Part shown: in pieces, positions 61,063 to 64,000 of the stretch
Numbering within the stretch: the first letter of the stretch is position 1
Layout of the letters: every line of letters begins with the position of its first letter
Origin: Leucoraja ocellata
Lineage: Eukaryota
NCBI GenBank assembly: GCA_036785375.1
Contig: JAWMAR010000073.1
Span: 372,001 to 436,000 of the forward strand
Direction: 5' to 3'
Length of the DNA: 64,000 nucleotides
Notes under the pieces: generated by a model
Seen by the model: only the letters and a program-made list of their open reading frames with translations
Database searches by the model: none
What the model was told of the DNA's origin: nothing
Translations under genes and position numbers: made by a program

Positions 61063-62880
61063 TAAACAGAATGCCATCACCTGCCCTGACAGCTCATGTG
61101 TGACTGTACATATGGTCACCGTCAGAGACGTCACATCAGCCTTCCTGACAGCAAACGCAACTTGCACAGCCATGTTTTCAGGACCTGCGTGGACCAGCCG
61201 GTAGGAGTATTCGTGGACATATTTAATCTCTCCCCACACCATTCTGAGGTTATTACCTGCCATACGACGACCATTATTATCCCAGTGCTAAATAAAAACT
61301 AAGTGGTGGGTCTCGATGGTTACCCTCCAGTGGCTATTATCCCACCATCAGCCTACCAGACTGGAATTCACTTACCACTACATGTCCAGGGCAGACACTA
61401 TCCCCCTGCACCTTCCATTCATCCCTGGAGCATCTGGATAACAAATACACCTATTTCAGACTGCTATTTATTGACTATAGCTCTGCCTTCAACACCATAA
61501 TTCCAACCAAGTAATTTCCAAACTCCTAGAGCTAAGTCAGCGACCCTCTATGCAACCTTATCCTTGATTTCCTAACCAATAGACTGTAATCATTAAGTCC
61601 TCCATAACAATTCCCAATATTTGTGCCCCATCAGGCTGTGTCCTCAGCCCCTAACTATACTCACTGTATACTCTCAGCTGTGCAGCCAAACTCTGCTCTA
61701 ACTTCATTTACAAGTTAGCAGGTGACACGACAACAGTGGGTGAGATGGAGTACAGGAAGGAGCTAAAGGGCTTAGTATCTTGGCATCATGACAATAACCT
61801 CTCCCTCGATACCGGCAAAATAAAGGAACTGATCAGCAACTTCAGGAAGCTGGATGGAGTACATGCTCAATCTGTATCAAAAGTGCTGTCTTGGAGATGG
61901 TCGACAGCTTCAAGTTTCTAAGGGAAAATATCACCAACAGTTTGTGGTCAAGGACCACTCGCAGCCCAGTCATTCCATTTTCTCCCCACTCCCACCAGGC
62001 AGAAGATAAAAAAGCTTGAAAACACATACCACTAGATTCCAGAACAGCTGCTTCCTTCCTTTTATCATACTATTGAACAGATCTCTCATAAGCAAAGGAT
62101 ACATTCCCAAACTCCCAATCCCTTTCTTGTGGCTGTGACACGATATTCTACATCTCTTTTGCAGTACTTGATGTACATGTATGACGTGATTTGCTGGGAT
62201 AGCCCACAAAACAATGTTTTTCATTGTATTTCAGTACACATGACAATAATAAAACTATACCAATAATCATGAAATCATCTTTTAAACTATCTGCGAATAT
62301 AACAAACCCCTCATTTCACCTTTCTCCAGGTTAACAACATCTTTGAAAAAATGTCAATAGGCAAGATGTCAACATGAAAAACAGATAATATTTAAACAAT
62401 TAGCTGAGTTAGAGAACAATCGAAAGAAAAATAGCATGAATATTTCAGGTCAATTACTTTACACTGGGAATAATTCCAATTTAAAAATTCAGTAATTCTA
62501 ATATACACTTTTTTTCTTACAGGCACTGCCTGATCTGGCACACACTATAATATTTTTTGTTTTTATTTCATAATGTCCAGCAGCAACAGTTATGTTAGTT
62601 TTGGAATTAAGTGACTGAGACATATTTTTAATTAGGCATTGCTTTTCTAGGCATTCCCCGCCTAAATTCTTTAGGTTGGATAATTCAATGCTTATTAAAT
62701 TAAAAATCATTTAGATGATTTTCAGATACCTCTCAATCCCTTCCAAATAATGCACCTTCCAGGAATGTCTCTTAAATCTGTTTCAACTTTAAACTTGCAG
62801 AGCCAAGCAATTTTCATCCATGTTAAACCTATTTACTGCTCTTTTCCCACCACGCCCACCAACATCCAGAATATACTCAC

Positions 62881-62935
62881 TCAGGTATGGGCAACAGAGA
62901 TAGAGCAGCTGTTGGTCAACCAATGGAACAGAATC
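62881..62935 (-). CDS. CDAN1: CDAN1 (codanin-1) coding exon, most 5' exon seen in the window
   Basis: Minus-strand tttag|GAT...CTG A|gtgagt. Encodes DSVPLVDQQLLYLCCPYL, the codanin-1 motif VDQQLLYxCCPY. Confidence 0.92.
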
Positions 62936-64000
62936 CTAAAAAAATAGGAAAAGCGTACAGTAAGTCAGTAGACCAAGGTGTTTTCCAGAGAACATGCAAT
63001 TGTAATTGACGACGCGCCTTAGTGGTTTTGGCTTTTTTGTGATTAAATTTGACAATATCTATAAAATTCACTTTCCAAGGAAGTTCAAAATAGAGAATTA
63101 GCTGTTCTTCCTCGAGAGAAGGTTGATATGTGGTCAGATATAAAATTTTCGACAATTCTACAAGCAAGCTGGTATATTTGGATATGAAGGTACTAGAATT
63201 TAAAACCCTTAAGGAGAGTGGTCAGTTTGTCCTTTGAATATACACTTGGCAACAACAGATTTGTTAATGTCAAAGTAACAACATTGTTATTTTTACAGAG
63301 ATAAAAGAATATTGAATTAAGAACATAAAAAAGTTGAATCTTTTACCTCAGAGCCATTTTACTGTTTCAATTCTGTATCCCGTGATTTCCTTTACGTCTA
63401 AATATACAGTGATCCCTCTCCTCAATATACTCAGCTTACCACAACCCTCGAGTATGGAATTTTCAACCTGTCAGTTTCCAAAATAACTTTTAAGTCGTTC
63501 TCTAGGTCCTGAGCAAAATCGTGTCATACCCAATTTGGCACATATGATATATAGTGTTCCCTAATTGATCAATCACTTTGTATTCAATTAGTGTTATGGA
63601 AACACGCGCTGCAGCAGAACTACCTATGTTACTGTCATGTTCTCTCTAATCATTGTGATTCCCCACCTCGTGTCCCTCTCCTCTGTCACATCTGAATCTT
63701 CTGTGGAACATTAAGCTGCCAGCCCTGTCCTTCCCTCAAATTGTGTCCACGATTGTAATATTATGTTAATTCCAAGTGATGATCTATGCTCGAATCTCAT
63801 CTGATTTACCCGAGGCTCCTTGAATTAAAATAAATGCAGTTAAAGACAAAGATGGTAAAATTTGAGAACACTGCATGAGATGAGATATTGAAGATTTGAT
63901 CAGTGGAGAAAAAAAAGGCAGATATTGCCAATTGAGATTGAGGGAGTATAATGCATAGGAAAAAACTTTAAAGTGAAATTAGGAGGACAAAAAGGGATCA

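Noticed and set aside
63347-63398. Next upstream CDAN1 exon near the window end
   Set aside because: There is a donor-like site, but the required phase-0 frame is not cleanly open and shows no similarity. The true exon probably lies beyond the window.

Overview
Eukaryotic, vertebrate genomic DNA. The repeat landscape (Penelope-like elements, CR1, Rex/Babar LINEs, V-SINEs, DeuSINEs) suggests a cartilaginous fish, probably a skate or ray (inference). Two intron-containing genes lie tail-to-tail. On the + strand is the 3' part of STARD9/KIF16A: 13 coding exons at 2918-37479, about 4435 codons, with one 11,208-bp internal exon and a C-terminal START domain. On the - strand is the 3' part of CDAN1 (codanin-1): 12 coding exons at 62935-39509. 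I checked every GT-AG junction by hand and both chains keep frame to the stop codon. The introns are dense in transposons. The most unusual non-genic signals are: (i) many Penelope-derived mini-elements carrying minimal hammerhead-ribozyme cores, some with inverted ends and 13-16-bp target-site duplications; (ii) a 740-bp near-perfect palindrome (fold-back MITE) in a CDAN1 intron; (iii) a family of non-autonomous retroelements with conserved stem-loops and variable GC-rich tandem arrays. Gene and repeat family names come from recognised motifs, not database searches. Repeat boundaries are approximate.
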